A stretch of 64,000 nucleotides of DNA. It comes from the human T2T-CHM13v2.0 reference genome, Homo sapiens. This document shows positions 11,985 to 25,675 of this stretch, in pieces. The stretch lies in the NCBI RefSeq assembly GCF_009914755.1, contig NC_060930.1. The stretch is one strand, 5' to 3'. The translations under genes were made by a program, and so were the position numbers. The stretch's first letter is position 1, and each line of letters starts with the position of its first letter. Under the pieces are notes generated by a model. It saw only the letters and a list, made by a program, of their open reading frames with translations, was not told where the DNA came from and did not search any database.

Positions 11985-12727
11985 CAGTCAGCCCTCTGTA
12001 GCTGCGGATTCCACATCCATGGATTCAACCAACTGTGCATTGGAAATATTCAAGAAAAAAAATGGATGGTTGTGTCTATACTGAACTTGTACACATGTTT
12101 TTCCTGCCATTATTCCCTGAACAATACGAGGTAGCAATGACCTACATAGGAATATGGTTTGGGTGTGTCCCCTTTAAATCTCATATTGAAATGTGATCCC
12201 CAATGTTGGAGGTGGGGCCTGGGGGGTGGATTCTTCATGAATGGCTTAGTGCCATCCCTTTGGTGATGACTGAGTTCTCACTGTTAGTTCATGTGAGAGC
12301 TGGTTGTTTAAAACAGCCTGGCACCTCCCCCTTTCTCTCTCACTCCCTCTCCCACTGTGTGATATACCAGCTCCCCTTTTCCTTCTACCATGATTGGAAG
12401 CTTCCAGAAGCCCTCGCCAGGAGCAGATCCTGGTACCATGTTTCCCATAGAGCCTGCAGACCCGTAAGCCAAAATATACCTCTTTTCTCTATAAATTACC
12501 CAGCTTCAAGTATTCCTATATAGCAATGCAAACAGACTAACACATATAATATTTACTTTGTATTGGTTATACAAAGTAATTTAGAGATGATTTAAAGTAT
12601 ATGGGAGAATGTGCATACAATATATGTAAATACTGTCCCATTTTACATTAGGGACTTAAACATCTGCTGATTTTGGTATCCACAGGAGTTCTGGAACCAA
12701 TCGCCCTCAGATACCAAGGGATGATCG
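11985..12727 (-). mobile_element. MER2 (Tigger family), split by an MST LTR
   Basis: Ends cagtcagccctctgta... and ...agataccaagggatgatcg, flanked by TA; internal ccatggattcaaccaac. Confidence 0.85.
12150..12544 (+). mobile_element. MSTB-like MaLR solo LTR nested in MER2
   Basis: atatggtttgggtgtgtccc...aaattacccagcttcaagtattcctatatagcaatgcaaacagactaacaca. Confidence 0.9.
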
Positions 12728-13049
12728 TATGTATATCCGTTATAGGGGAGTGGGTATGAAACAAAACAGAGATAATCAAAATACCTGTTTTATAGTGCTA
12801 CTGTGAACATTGAGTGCATTACTACATATACAATATTTAAATCAGAGTTTGGCACAAGGTGAGTGCTCAATAAATGTTAGCTATCCTTATTATTATTACT
12901 TATATATAATACATGCAAATATATTTGCACATATATGTGCATTTTATGACACAAAGATACAGACTTGAAATAATAGTCCTCATCTTTTAGCATTGAAGTA
13001 TCCAACAATGCTTATGATTAACTCAAGTCTGAACTGAAGCAAGGGCTGC

Positions 13050-13425
13050 CTCTTTTTGTAGTGAAATATTCATGGCATGCTATTTACCATTTTACCCACT
13101 TTAAAGTGTACAGTTCAGTGGCATTAAATATATTCACATTGTTGTGCAGCCATCATCACCGTCCATCTCTAGAAGTTTTGTCTTCCCCAGATGAAACTCT
13201 GTACTCATTAAACACTAATCTTTCCATTCCCTCCTCCCACCAGCTTCTGGCCATGACCACTCTGTTTGCCATCTGTATGAATTGGACTATTCTAGGTCCC
13301 TCATCTAAGTGGAATCCTACACTGTTTGTCCTTTTTTTTTGTCTGGCTTATTACACTAAGAATGATGAGTTTAAGGTTCATCCATGTTGTAGCCTATGTC
13401 GGAATTTTATTCCTTTTTAAGGCCG
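13050..13425 (-). mobile_element. L1MB 3' end
   Basis: aagtgtacagttcagtggcattaaatatattcacattgttgtgcagccatc. Confidence 0.85.
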
Positions 13426-13759
13426 AATTAGGAGATTTCATTTTAAAATTGAGGTATTTTGGGATGACCATATGGCCATAGTTCATAGAGACAATTATTT
13501 CCAATCCTCTCTTCTCTCTCCCAGGACTCATTGTATGAATATTCTAATGAGGATTAATGGCATGGCTTCCCCGTGGTGCCCTTCCTCCAGGAAGAGCTTT
13601 GCCCTTGAACTTGAGCTCTGGGGTCAGATAGATGGACGTGCATTTGCATCTGCATTCTGCCACTTAAGAAGTTCATTATCTTGGGCATACAGTTACGTTG
13701 AACCATATAGTATTGCTGACTTTGATAATTTTTTATGTACATTTTCATAGGACACAACC

Positions 13760-13910
13760 TATTTTTTTTTACTTCTCTGCTCCTCAATGATGTAAAATAT
13801 AAGGGGTAAAAATCGTGCTTGCCTCATAGAGTTGCTGGGAGAATTGAATGGCGTGATGTGGTGTTTAGCCTGAGCATGGCCAAGAGCACACTGAGTGTGG
13901 CTTATGCTTG
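13760..13910 (+). mobile_element. MIR fragment
   Basis: tgtaaaat...cctcatagagttgctgggagaattgaatg. Confidence 0.6.
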
Positions 13911-14429
13911 CTGTGTGTAGCCACCTCTCCTCAGGGACAGGAGCCTCTCCTCGCAAATTCAAGGTCTCAGGAGTCCTCAACTCTTTCCCCATCTCTCCTG
14001 AATCTGCTTAACTGTAGCTTCACCATCAATTCAAGGGTGTCAGAGGCAGCGTGGAATGAGAGCAATTTTCCTGACACTCAATTTTAGAGGGCATAGAACA
14101 GTGGGCACAGCAAATACCATCCCCTATCTTCATGGAGTTAATGCTCTAGATGGGGAGTGAAAAAACAAGATAAGTAAGAAAAATAGATGGTATGTTAGAA
14201 AAACTAAAGCAGGGGAGGGAGACACGAGGTGTTGGAGAGGGGATGAGGCGCCCTTACTCTGCTACAGAAGCAGGTTTGGGTGCTGATGTCCTTCCAGGCC
14301 TTCACCGGGTCACTTCTCCATGCTTTACATGTGTTCTCCCTTCACAGCCAGTTCTCCCCAGTGCATCCTACCCCACCTCAAGTTCCGTGAACTCTGCTGC
14401 CTTAGTTTAATTTATTCACACTCTCTCTA

Positions 14430-14892
<463 letters not shown>

Positions 14893-14971
14893 TCCTGCTT
14901 AATTTTTAAAGTAGTTCTCCCTGACTTTTTGTTATACACTTATTTATCTGTTCATTATCTGTCCCTCTAGA

Positions 14972-15130
14972 GCACACTCTCTCAAACTTTACTGTGCACA
15001 CGAACCCAACTGCAGAGCTTGTTACAGTGCAGATTCTGTTTCTTTAGGTCTGGGGACCCCAGAAATGCTGCATTTCTAATAAGGAGGTGAGTGGTGCTGA
15101 TGCAGCTGGTTTGAGGACCCATTTTGAATG
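14972..15130. mobile_element. MER5-type hAT element inserted in L2
   Basis: tctcaaacttt...gcttgttacagtgcagattctg...aggtctggg...ctgcatttctaa; L2 3' end follows to about 15270. Confidence 0.7.
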
Positions 15131-17403
15131 TCAGGTCTTGAAGGTAAGCAGTATAAAAACCAGAATTTCATATATCTTATCCTACACTTAACCCCCTAAT
15201 GCAGTGCCTGACACAGTGTCTGCACATAGGCAACAATCAATAAATGTCTCAGGAATGAATGAATGAATTCTCCAGGGATCAAAAATCCCTCTTGTTAAAG
15301 AGAAAAGACATTTGCACAAATCACTCTCATACAAATCATGGAAAAGAGGAAAAAAGCCAGATGGAGTGATGGGGGAGCTGAGAGGAGAGAGATTAATTCT
15401 GACCAAAGATATCTACAGAAGAGGTGGGGCGTGATCTGGGCGCTGAAGGATGGGCAAGATTTGGAGAGGCAGAGGCAGGAGAGAGCCTCTGGGAGAAGGC
15501 TGGGGACAAATGAATGCAGTGGAAAAGTGCTTGTCAGGGAAGGATGGCTGGTTTGCAGCAGTGAAGGAGGTGGCAGGAAAGTTACAGCACCTTGAGTGCT
15601 AACTTGCTGCTTCTTCCCTTCCTTCCTCTTTCTTTTTCTTTTTCTAGTCTGGATCCTGGTCAGCTCTCTTAGCTTAGTTGAAACTGCCTTTCGAGGTGAA
15701 CTGCATGTTGACTTTGCAGCGTCCCCTGAATTAGGAATCCCATGAGAAGGCTCCCTCGCCCCAGGCCTGTTACAGGATGTGGCATTTGGCCACCCTGGCT
15801 CAGCCTCCATTATTAATCCGGCTGCCTTGGGTTTTACCAGAATTCTCCCTGCATCCTACCCTTTCATAACCCTAAGGTCTCCAAATACCTCATTTTCCCC
15901 TACCTGAGACCCTCAATCTCCTTGCCAACTAATTCCCCTTCCTGAATCCCAGGGAATTACAGGACCACATCATCAGCAAAATTGTAACATTTCCTCACCT
16001 GAACTCTGTTTCCCTGGGGCCCAGCCAGGCCTGATGTAGTCCAATTCAGGGTAATTGATGGGAAAGGTATTCCTTCTTTCCCCCCACAAGGTACAGGAGA
16101 CTGTCCAGGGCCTAAAAATGACTTTGTGAAAAACACAGATAAGATCACAAAAATTAATCTATTGAAGAATGTATATTTCAGCACTGCTTTTTGCATAATG
16201 TGTGTGGTCTGTTCTTTTCTTTATTTTGAAGCTCATACTCCAGCAGTGAAAGGTACCTGCTCTCCCAACCTACTATGGACTTTTAGATTGTTGTTGGGTT
16301 TGAAATGAGCCATGGTGAGGGGGTGGCAGCTGTCCCTGTGACACCGCCTCTCAGGTTCACCACTGACTCAATCTTTTGCTCAGAAAACGCTGCCTCATCC
16401 CTAATGGCTGCCCAATCAGGAAAATATTATTTTCAGATGTTTTAAATTTCTGCCGCGAGAAACATATGTCCTGCCATATGGAGCACAATAGGAGCTAGTT
16501 AAGGCCAAAGTGGAAACCAGGATTGGGAATTCTCTTTATTTCTGTGTTTGAAGTCAGACCCTGTAGGCCAGATTTCCCCAACCGGCAGACTAAGCTGTGC
16601 TCTAAATTAGAGTTTGTGTGCATCACAGAGATGCCATGTACACAAAACAGGCAACTGCAAGCCCCTCTCTCTCATTAGCAACACATCCAATTAGGAGAGC
16701 TACCACGGTGCTGCTGTAGCCCCATCTGGAGATCAAATCACAGACAACCTTGCAAATGCTCCAAAGTCATCTGCGGCATGATGTAAAACATCAAAATAGA
16801 TCTACCTTCACACCAAGAGAGTTGCTCTAAAGCTACACATTTGATTGGTGCAATTTTTTTGTTTTTATCAAGATCATTTACGCTTTTTAAATAGTTAGAA
16901 GGGGCTTGTGCGATTAAAATTTGGGAGGGTATCTTCTCATTCTAAAGCATATAAGAGATAAAGGGATTTGTGTGAATAATGATTACGCATTACAATACAC
17001 CATTGTAGTACACAGGCTCATTCTCTTGGAGTAAAGAAAGAGTTGTGATTTGATCAGGATCAAGTTTGCAGTATTTATGCATGTGGTTAAATTACTTGCT
17101 AATCTTAATTCAGCTGCTTTAAAAGTTTTATTACTGAATGATGGCTCCCTCTCACTCTTTACCTAGTAAACTCAGCCATCTGGACAAGGATAACTACTTA
17201 ATTTTTAAAAGCTCACCTGGCAAGCCTATAAAAGCTACTAAATGACCATGATTATTTATCTTTTCAAGAAAAGACCACTGTGCAGGCGGTAGAACAATCA
17301 ATACAATATCACCACTTTTTGCTTCTAATAAACTACTCTGGCACAAAAATTAAAATTATTGAAAAAATATTAAAGAAATGTTTATTAAAAATAGTTTTTG
17401 GAA

Positions 17404-17711
17404 ATTTTTTCTTTTTATCTTTTTTTTTTTTTTTTTTTTTGACACAGAGTCTCATTCTGTTGCCCAGACTGGAGTGCAGGATGCATATGGCTCACTGCAT
17501 TCTAAACCTCCTAGGGTCAGGTGATCCTCCCACCTCAGCCTCTGTGGTAGTTGGGACTAAAGGTGCATGCCACCATGCCTGGCTAGGTTTTTGTAGAGAT
17601 GGGGTCTTGCCATGTTGCCCAGGCTGGTCTTCAACTGCTTCACTCAAGCAATCTACCCACCTCGGCCTCCCAAAATGCTGGGATTACACGTGTCAGCCAC
17701 TGCATCTGGCC
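17404..17711 (-). mobile_element. AluJ
   Basis: T-run followed by antisense Alu with J features. Confidence 0.9.
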
Positions 17712-20700
17712 TTTTTTCTTTTAAATAAGGAGTAATAGGCATTATAAAAGGCAATATTTTCAAATTTCCCATTCTTGAAAAATAAAGATTAAAACAAAAT
17801 ATATGAATTTGAATACTTTTTAACATAGAAGTTTTAAAAATCAAAGCCCCAATGAGTGGTGTATTTTTAACCATTAGTTTTAAATATAAGGCTTTTAGAA
17901 TTACAGTAGTAATAGTATTCGACTTTTGCATTTAATCTAAGAAAAATGCAAGGGACACCAGAATATAAAAAATGGCATTAGCTTATCAGTGACTGACTCA
18001 CTAAGCAAGTTCTTCTGTGCACAGTCCTGAGCTGGGTTATGAGGAGGAAAGAAGTATCAGAGTCCTGCTCACAAGGAAAGCTTCCAATCCATCCTACTCT
18101 TACCCTGGCTTTTCCTTTCAGAACAGCTTGGTTTCATTTACTGAGCTGCTCTACATACCAGGCATTGTGCAACAAGCTTTCAGTAGTGGAGACAGGCAGG
18201 AGAATAACTTCCTACATGAGCTAAGATCTATGATTTACATCACTGTGGGATGCTAAGGAAGCCCAGTGGAGATCACAGAGAAAGGGCATAAGGTCAGAGA
18301 AGGCTTCCCAGAGGTCATGGTATCCACCTTGCATCTGAAGTGTCTTCACTCGGTTTGTTAAGTTGATGCCTAGCTTCCGTTTCCATGATTCTAGGTTGGC
18401 AGCCAGGCTGCGTCTTTCTTGAACTGTGTGAGCATGGAGCCATCGACCTCAAGCCTACTCCCCACTTAGTCAACAGAAGGCTTGGTTTTCAACCTCTGCC
18501 CAAAGGGAACACCCCACCGAATTCCTGTTTCCAGTCTGAGAAGTAGGTATCTCTACTTTCAGCTCATGTGCAGAACAAAGATGTCTGGTGGATTAAGCCC
18601 AAGGAACGGCTGGTCTTTCCCAGCCCCAGGTCAGCTCAGCCCCTTTCAGGTGATTTGGGTGTCCTCTTCCCCTCCCTCCCACTAGAGGTGAACACTCAGA
18701 GTCTTAACTTGAAATACTTTTAATAGAAAAGCATCTTCATGGATATCAGAGGGTGGCTGTTCCCTCAAAGAGAGTGGCAGGGAAGGATGCTGTAAATGAA
18801 AACAGAACCAGTGGGTGAACGAACACTGAAGTGTGTGGACCATAGGAAGGCATTGCTGGTTCTTTACCAGGAAGCTATTTCGATGAAATAATGGAGTTGT
18901 AGCAAAATAGCTCAGTGATGGTATCCAGCATGCATTAGATAAGAAACTAGAGGCAAGGAGACAAATGAGGGCAATAGTGCAATAATTCAAGTTTAGTGAA
19001 ATCATAGTGTTGGTCTTGAAATAGGAACAAAGAATGAAGCCAAAGAAGAAGTAGAAAGACTTGGAGGGGATGAGGGAGTGTGTAATACAGAAGAACAGCA
19101 ATCAGTGATGACTTCTGAAGGCATTTGGTGTGATTTTGTGTGGGTAGAGGGATTGCTGTTATCTGCCTGCAGTAATTGAGGCTTAATTATTATTTTAAAG
19201 CCCTGTGCTAAAAATAAGGATTGTATATTGAATATGACTGCATGTTTAAGATTGGGCATTTGCCTTTCCCAGTTTTTCTTTTCTTCATGTCTTATATTTC
19301 CCTAGCCTTGGGTTGTGATCCCTGTCCTCCTTGCACAAAGGTAAGAATACCTATTCTCCACCTGTGTTTTGGTGACAGGGACTAAGGGCTTTGGCTCAGA
19401 AATAGCTAGACAAGCACAAGTAGATAGTACCCCTAACCCATATACAAAGCTTGAGCTTTGAACGGTCTTGATTATATGCATTTTAGTAAAATGTGCGGCT
19501 TTGTTTTTGTGTAGAGCTTTAAGGGTAACATTTTAAAATCCTAGACTTCCCTTCTTTGAAAAGTAGAATCGAATGAAAAATAATTTCAGGTTGAATTATG
19601 GAAAAAGCAGGGCTCAAGTCTGAATTCAACAAAAGCTTAATTTGAATGGTCGGATTATTTTGTAAATGTGTTAGTGTCCACAGTCAGGGCTTTCTGAACT
19701 CCAAATAATATGACATTGGGGCTTCTAACATTTCCTTATTCTGAAACAGCGAGAAGGGTTCTTGATGTTCTCTAGGCCATTTTAAGTTTCTCTCCTGACA
19801 TACCTCAGACAAGATCCTTTCAGCAAAGCCATGGACCCTCACAGACCTCTAGCCCCAGCTTTGTTTCGAAACGTAAAGCTCCCAGAGGCCAGTCTTCTTT
19901 AAGAACATAGGCCACTGCGTGGAATGCTTTGAGGTGTTGCATCGCATTCTGTGTGCTTAAAAGCCCTCAAGTGGAAAACTCAGATCAGTCGCAAAGAACC
20001 AGCCCTTTGTTGACAGCCAACTTCTCCATGCAATTTCTATCTGTTCTTTACTGCTAGAGCAGCATGAAGTCAGTGCTGAAAAAAAAGTAAGCTTTATGTC
20101 TTTGTTGCTTTTTCAGTTTCTGTTTGGGGCCTTGGTGCTGTGTTAATGAAAGACTCATGGGAAATATAACAGCTGGTGCTGGTACCCAGAGCAGAAGAGC
20201 TACAATTGATTGGAACATGGAGGGCTCCTTGTAGGTGCTATAAATTGCATTGTCGGGTTAGTGTAAAGTTACTAAAATAATACCTAAGTCTGTTTCCTCA
20301 ACCATTCGAAGCTAATATCCAGTCCGTGGAGATGAAAACACTGAAGAGGAGGGGGCGGGAGGCAATGAATGTTCAGTTGGAACAAGAAATGGAATAAATG
20401 ACTCTGAATGAACTAGTGCTTTTTTTCTCCCCATAAAACTTATTTGGTTTAGTCTTATGTTTTTCATGCTTTGAATATTAAAATACAGAAAAATGGTCAT
20501 TTGAAGACATGTGTTAGATAGGACTTTCATTCAAGATGGAAGAATGAAACTATTTGAACACATATTCTTACTGCTGGATATTAAGATGACAAATTTGAGA
20601 TGTTCAGTCAACTCTTTTGAAAGACAGAATAGAAAGAGAGACAAAGGTGATGTTCCAAAAGGCAAAATTAAAACAGAGAACTACTTTCACTTGGTCAATT

Positions 20701-22344
20701 ATTTCAGGGCAAGAGATAAGGATCCTCATTAAGAACCAGCACCATAAAAAGTACTTTCAGTGAGGAAATTAAACAAGAAAGGAGGTAGGGAAAGCAGGAA
20801 GTAAAGGCTGTGGAAAATGTTTCTAAATTTTTTAATTATTCATTTCATTTCCTGGAAAGAAATGGCTACCCAGTGGTGGGTTGGTTTAGTTTAATGTTTA
20901 CTTCAAAATACATTTTTATTGCCTGAACTTTATTAACAGGATCAAAACTACCAAGGAAACATGAATGAACATTAAAAAATTTGGACTTTCTGAGTATTAG
21001 TGGCTGTGTTAAAGGGAGAAGATATTGTCTAATTTTTCTCTTCACTTTTTCTAAGTGATAAGAGTTTGGCTTGAGTAGGTAAAGTGAACAAAAAAATCAA
21101 ATAGGCCAGAGGTAATTCAAGTAACACCTTTTTTTTTCTCTCTATTATAGAGAGTTTGCTTGACTTTACAAGGGAAGTAAATTGAATTATCTATACCTGA
21201 CCTCAGATGGTGGAAAATCATCTAACTCCCACCTCCCTGAATCCTTACACTCATTTTCATGTTTCTTTTTAAGACAGTTTCTATATATATCAGACAAGAG
21301 GGGTGATCACTCTTGCCCACAGCCACCTTCTTAAAGAGCCTAGCCTCAATAACAGAGGTGTTGGCACTTAGGGGTGGGAAAGGGGAAATTTCCATGTGAC
21401 CTTTCAGTATATCCCTTTTCTGAAAGTGACTTTTTCAGTGTGAAATCTCTGATGTGGTTGCACTTGACTGAAGCTGTTCTTATTTTTAGTCCATTTTACA
21501 GTGAAGCCAAATTTAATATCAATGTGCCTGTATGTAGTGGGAGGGATAGCAGTTTGACTGGCTGAACTGTTACTGAAGTTCAATCATAATCACCATGTCT
21601 TTGGTCTGGACCTTGGTTTTCTGGGAGGTGAAGATGGAGATAATATCTGACTTAATACTTGGCAGTAATATTTATAAAGCAACGATATCACTTCAATCAT
21701 TGTTATCGCTACTACTTCTAGACTGTGTACAGATTCAGAATTAAGAAACTTATGAACTCTTACTGCAGTCTGGAACAATACACTTAGCCTTTCTGGAAGT
21801 GCCTTTATGCAACAAATGCAAGTCATTTTAACTTTGTTTTAAGACACATTATTCTACCAGCCATTGACCTTGAAGGGCTGGCCAAAAATAGCATAACTAA
21901 CAAGAAAACATCAGAATCAGGCAGGAGAAGCCTATGATCTAATTCCCTGCTTGCTGTGTTTATTTCCTAAATGGAAGTCACCACATTCCCCTATCCTCGG
22001 ACAGTGTGCTGAACTCATATGTATTTATGACGTATTATTCAACAGTAACAATAATATGCTGGCTGGGACTCATGCCAATTGGCATGGAATGACACCTATA
22101 AGTGTTATAAGGGATGGTCTCCCATCTCTATTTTGCTCTTGTTCATAAAATCCAACTAATTGCCTCTGGGTTTATGAAAGAAGCAGCAGAAGCCAGGTGG
22201 AGCTGCTAAAAAAATGCTGATTGGAACTTTTGGGGGCAGATGTCTTGATTGCACAGAGGCTGAGGAATCAGACAGAGAGATACAATGGAGTTAATTTATA
22301 ACCCTTGGAATTGGTGGAGGCTTTGCCAAGTTATGGGCAAGACA

Positions 22345-22490
22345 AGTGCTTCTCAAGCCTTAATGGGCTTATGGATTATCCAAGGATCTTGTTAAGATTC
22401 AGATTTAGATTGAGCAGGTCTGGGAGAGGACTTCAGACTCTGCATTTTTAACAAGCTCCTGGGTGATGCTGAGAACTGTCCTTTAAGTAG
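22345..22490. mobile_element. MER5A-type element
   Basis: gtgcttctcaa...gatcttgttaa...caggtctggg...tgcatttttaacaagctcctgggtgatgctga. Confidence 0.75.
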
Positions 22491-22889
22491 CAAGAGATAC
22501 AGTGGCTACTGGGAGTTTCTTGGTAAAGGAAGAAAATGTGGGCCAAGGGGTATGGAGAGAAAAGACTGGGGAAGGGATCCTGGGTGGAAAGTTGAGGCAT
22601 GGTCCCTGAGGCTGGCTGAAGGGCAGGGGGACTGGGTTTTCAGAAAGCAGATCTAGTGCCAGGTGAGCCAAGACCTGTGGGGCAGAGTAGGCCAGGCTGG
22701 CCCTCTTAAGAAATTCTTCTGGTGAGGCAATTTGTATCAGACCAACGTGTGCAGGATCAGTACAGATATCAGAATGGCCCCTCCTAGTTTGAGTGCTCTT
22801 TCCACGGGTGGAATGGGACCCAGTAGCCTTTAAAACTGATGGGAGAACCCATGTTGAACCCATGTTGTCAGTAGAGGGTAATAATTACA

Positions 22890-23020
22890 GAGAAGAGTTC
22901 TTGGAGTCAGGCCTGGGTTCAAGACCCAGGTCCATTAGTTACGTGCTGTTTCTGGCAAGGTTAACCTCTCTAAACCTCAGTTTTCTCACTGGCAAAATAA
23001 TGCTTACCAGCTGGTTATTC
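22890..23020 (+). mobile_element. MIR
   Basis: ggagtcaggcctgggttcaagaccc...ggcaaggttaacctctctaaacctcagttttctca. Confidence 0.75.
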
Positions 23021-23239
23021 AAATATAGTTCTCTTTATATGCAAGAGATCCTAAGCATAATCTTGTTCTGTCCATTTTTTAGAACTGATTTCTCACTTAC
23101 AGCCCTGGCCTCTTAAGGTAGGTTACACAAAGAATATTTATTTCCTTTCATGAATATATTATTTTGGATCCTGCACTTGGAATTCAAACTTCATTATATT
23201 TATTACAAAGTCCCTGGCTGAGCAGATGAATATGGCTTT

Positions 23240-23460
23240 CAAGTCTGTTTCTAATCTATAGAAATGTCCTAAAATGAGAATAAGCTTGATATGTTTCAGG
23301 GACAGAAAGACATCTAGCCTGGTTCAAGCAGTGTAAATAAGAAAGAGTGATATGGGATGAGGTCTGAGAGACAGGTAGGAATGAGACAGTATAGGGCTGT
23401 GTAAGCCATGAAAAAGGTTTGAATTTTATTAAAGCAGCAAGGGTACAATTGAGATCATTT
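23240..23460 (-). mobile_element. L2 fragment
   Basis: atgggatgaggtctgagagacagg...tagggctgtgtaagccatg. Confidence 0.6.
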
Positions 23461-23608
23461 AGGCACCTAATGATTAAAAGGAAGTAATGGTGATACCTAA
23501 CATCCTTATTACCTTATTGAAGGGTTACCCTGTGCCAGGCATGGTGCTAAGTGTTTATATATATTAACATTTAACCCTACATTAACCACAGGAGGTGGGT
23601 ACTATTTT

Positions 23609-23881
23609 TATGTTATTATTTTTGATTAGGGCCTCACTCTGTGGCCCAGGCTGGATCATGGCTCACTGCAGCCTCATCTCTGGGGTGCAAGTGATCTTCC
23701 CATCTCAGCCTCCCAGGTAGTTGGGACTACAGGCATACACCATCATTCCCAGCTAAGTTTTAATTTTTTTTTTTTTTTGTAGAGATAAGATCTCACTATG
23801 TTGCCCATGCTGGTCTCTAATTCATGGGCTCAAGTGGTCCACCCTCCTTGGGATTAAAAGTGTGAGCCACTGTGCCTGGCT
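23609..23881 (-). mobile_element. AluJ with internal deletions
   Basis: Antisense Alu; degenerate TSD tgggtactatt / tggatactatt. Confidence 0.85.
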
Positions 23882-23897
23882 GTGGATACTATTATTA

Positions 23898-24268
23898 CAG
23901 GTTGAGTATCACTTATCCAAATTGCTGGAGGACACATAAGTGTTTCCAAGTTTGCATTGTTTTAGATTTTGGAATATTTGCATATACATAATGAGATATC
24001 TGGGGGATGGGACCCAAGTCTAAACATGATATTCGTTTATATTTTATATCCACCTTATACACAGAGCTCAAAGGTAATATTACATAATATTTTAAATAAC
24101 GTTTTGTGCATGAAACAAAGTGTCAACTGTTCTTTTACTGTGACCCATCACATGAAGTCAGGTGTGGAATTTTCCACTGTGGTGTCACGTCGGCACTCAA
24201 AAAGTTTTGAATTCTAGAGCATTTTGGATTTTGGATTTTGGATTTTTGGATTGGGGATGCTTAAACTG
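23898..24268. mobile_element. Tigger4 (Zombi/MER46-type)
   Basis: TIRs caggttgagtatc... / ...gatgcttaaactg, flanked by TA. Confidence 0.85.
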
Positions 24269-25675
24269 TACCTCCTTTTTGTAGACGAGTCATTTGAGGT
24301 TTAGGAGGTTAATTAAATGCCCAAGGTCACTCAGCTGGTAATTAAAAGGAAGCAAGATACCATCACACTGTAGTCCTTCTAAATCCTCTCCAGCCGGTTT
24401 CCAGCCATTGTTTCAACGTGGGCTTGTTTAATTTGCAGTTAGTACTGCTGGTTATGGTAACTTGAGGCTGCCAGTCACACAAGCTCCCATGCAGCAGTGG
24501 ATGTGAACATAAACTGGATGCAGTTGGGGCCTTCTTGGCAGTTCTGGGAGAAGCACGAGCATCTTCTCACCTGGACCATCATGGCATTTTCTCCGTCTGC
24601 ACATCTCTGTGTGTGAAAGTGTCCAAGTGTGTATATCTTCTTTATGCCTCTAAAATTCCTTCCCCTGGGCCACGGTAAATCACTGCTTTTCATTAGATGG
24701 TGTAATTAATCCATCTGCCCATTGGTGCCTCTGAGCAATATTCCCTCACCGGGCACATCTGTTCCTATGAATCTGCAGCAAGCAGGACCAATCTTTTAGG
24801 GATCACAGGCACTAGGAGAGACTTGTTTTTTTTTTATGTCCACGCATTTCTCTCTTACTCCCTGGGGTAGTTAGCTGCCTTTATGTGGGTTAACAGGGAG
24901 ATGCAATATTCCTGAGTATTTGGAGGCGATTTTGAAGGGCAGTGCCATTGAAAGGCCTCCTGGAGTGGATGAAAGATGATGACAGGCATAAATTTTATGG
25001 ATCAGATCAAGGGTCTCTTTTACAACACACAGTCCTTAGAGTTTCACCGCCGCTCATGAATGCAACTAATACAGGAGATTGTGAAGATAGGTTACCAGTG
25101 GGAAGGAGGCCTAGGTTTCTGATTCTGCAGGCCCCATGCTTCATTCACAAAGTTGAAAGAGCCACTCTCTAAATTCAAAGGGAAGCAGCTGTCACAGAGA
25201 ACTCAAAGGGCAAATCTGAGACCCCACTCAGAGTTGGCAGAAGACAGCAGGATCAAACTTCTCTCCCGGGCCCCAACTTATGAAAACTATCGCTATTGTA
25301 TGGCTTGTAGGAATTGGCATATGAGGGTATTTCATCAGCAGTATCAAAACAATGAGGATAAAAATCATCACTGCATACTGAAGCCCTGGCATTTATGAGA
25401 TGCAGCCATCGTTTCTGGGAAGGGTGGGAGCACATAATGCCCATTATCCTCTTAGTAATTGCCTTGGTCCCCAAGGATCCTAATGGGGAAGGGGCTTAAT
25501 GAGCTTTGGCTCCCTAGAAAAAAAGAACTGAAAGAAAATAGCTATTGTTCTGAATATAACCATAATGATGCCCAGAACTGAAAACTCTGGAGTTACATAG
25601 GAAAGGGTATCCATGACTGGTGAGAGGGAGATTCTATTACCAGAAGACTTATTTCAATATGAAAATAATACATAG

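Larger units (their letters stand above)
23510..24350 (-). mobile_element. MIR split by AluJ and Tigger4 insertions
   Basis: tgtgccaggcatggtgctaagtg...ggtgggtactatt on the left; gtagacgag...gcccaaggtcactcagctggtaa on the right. Confidence 0.7.

Noticed and set aside
15295-15810. Longest ORF in the track (171 aa)
   Set aside because: Partly overlaps L2-like and low-complexity purine/pyrimidine sequence; no domain recognised
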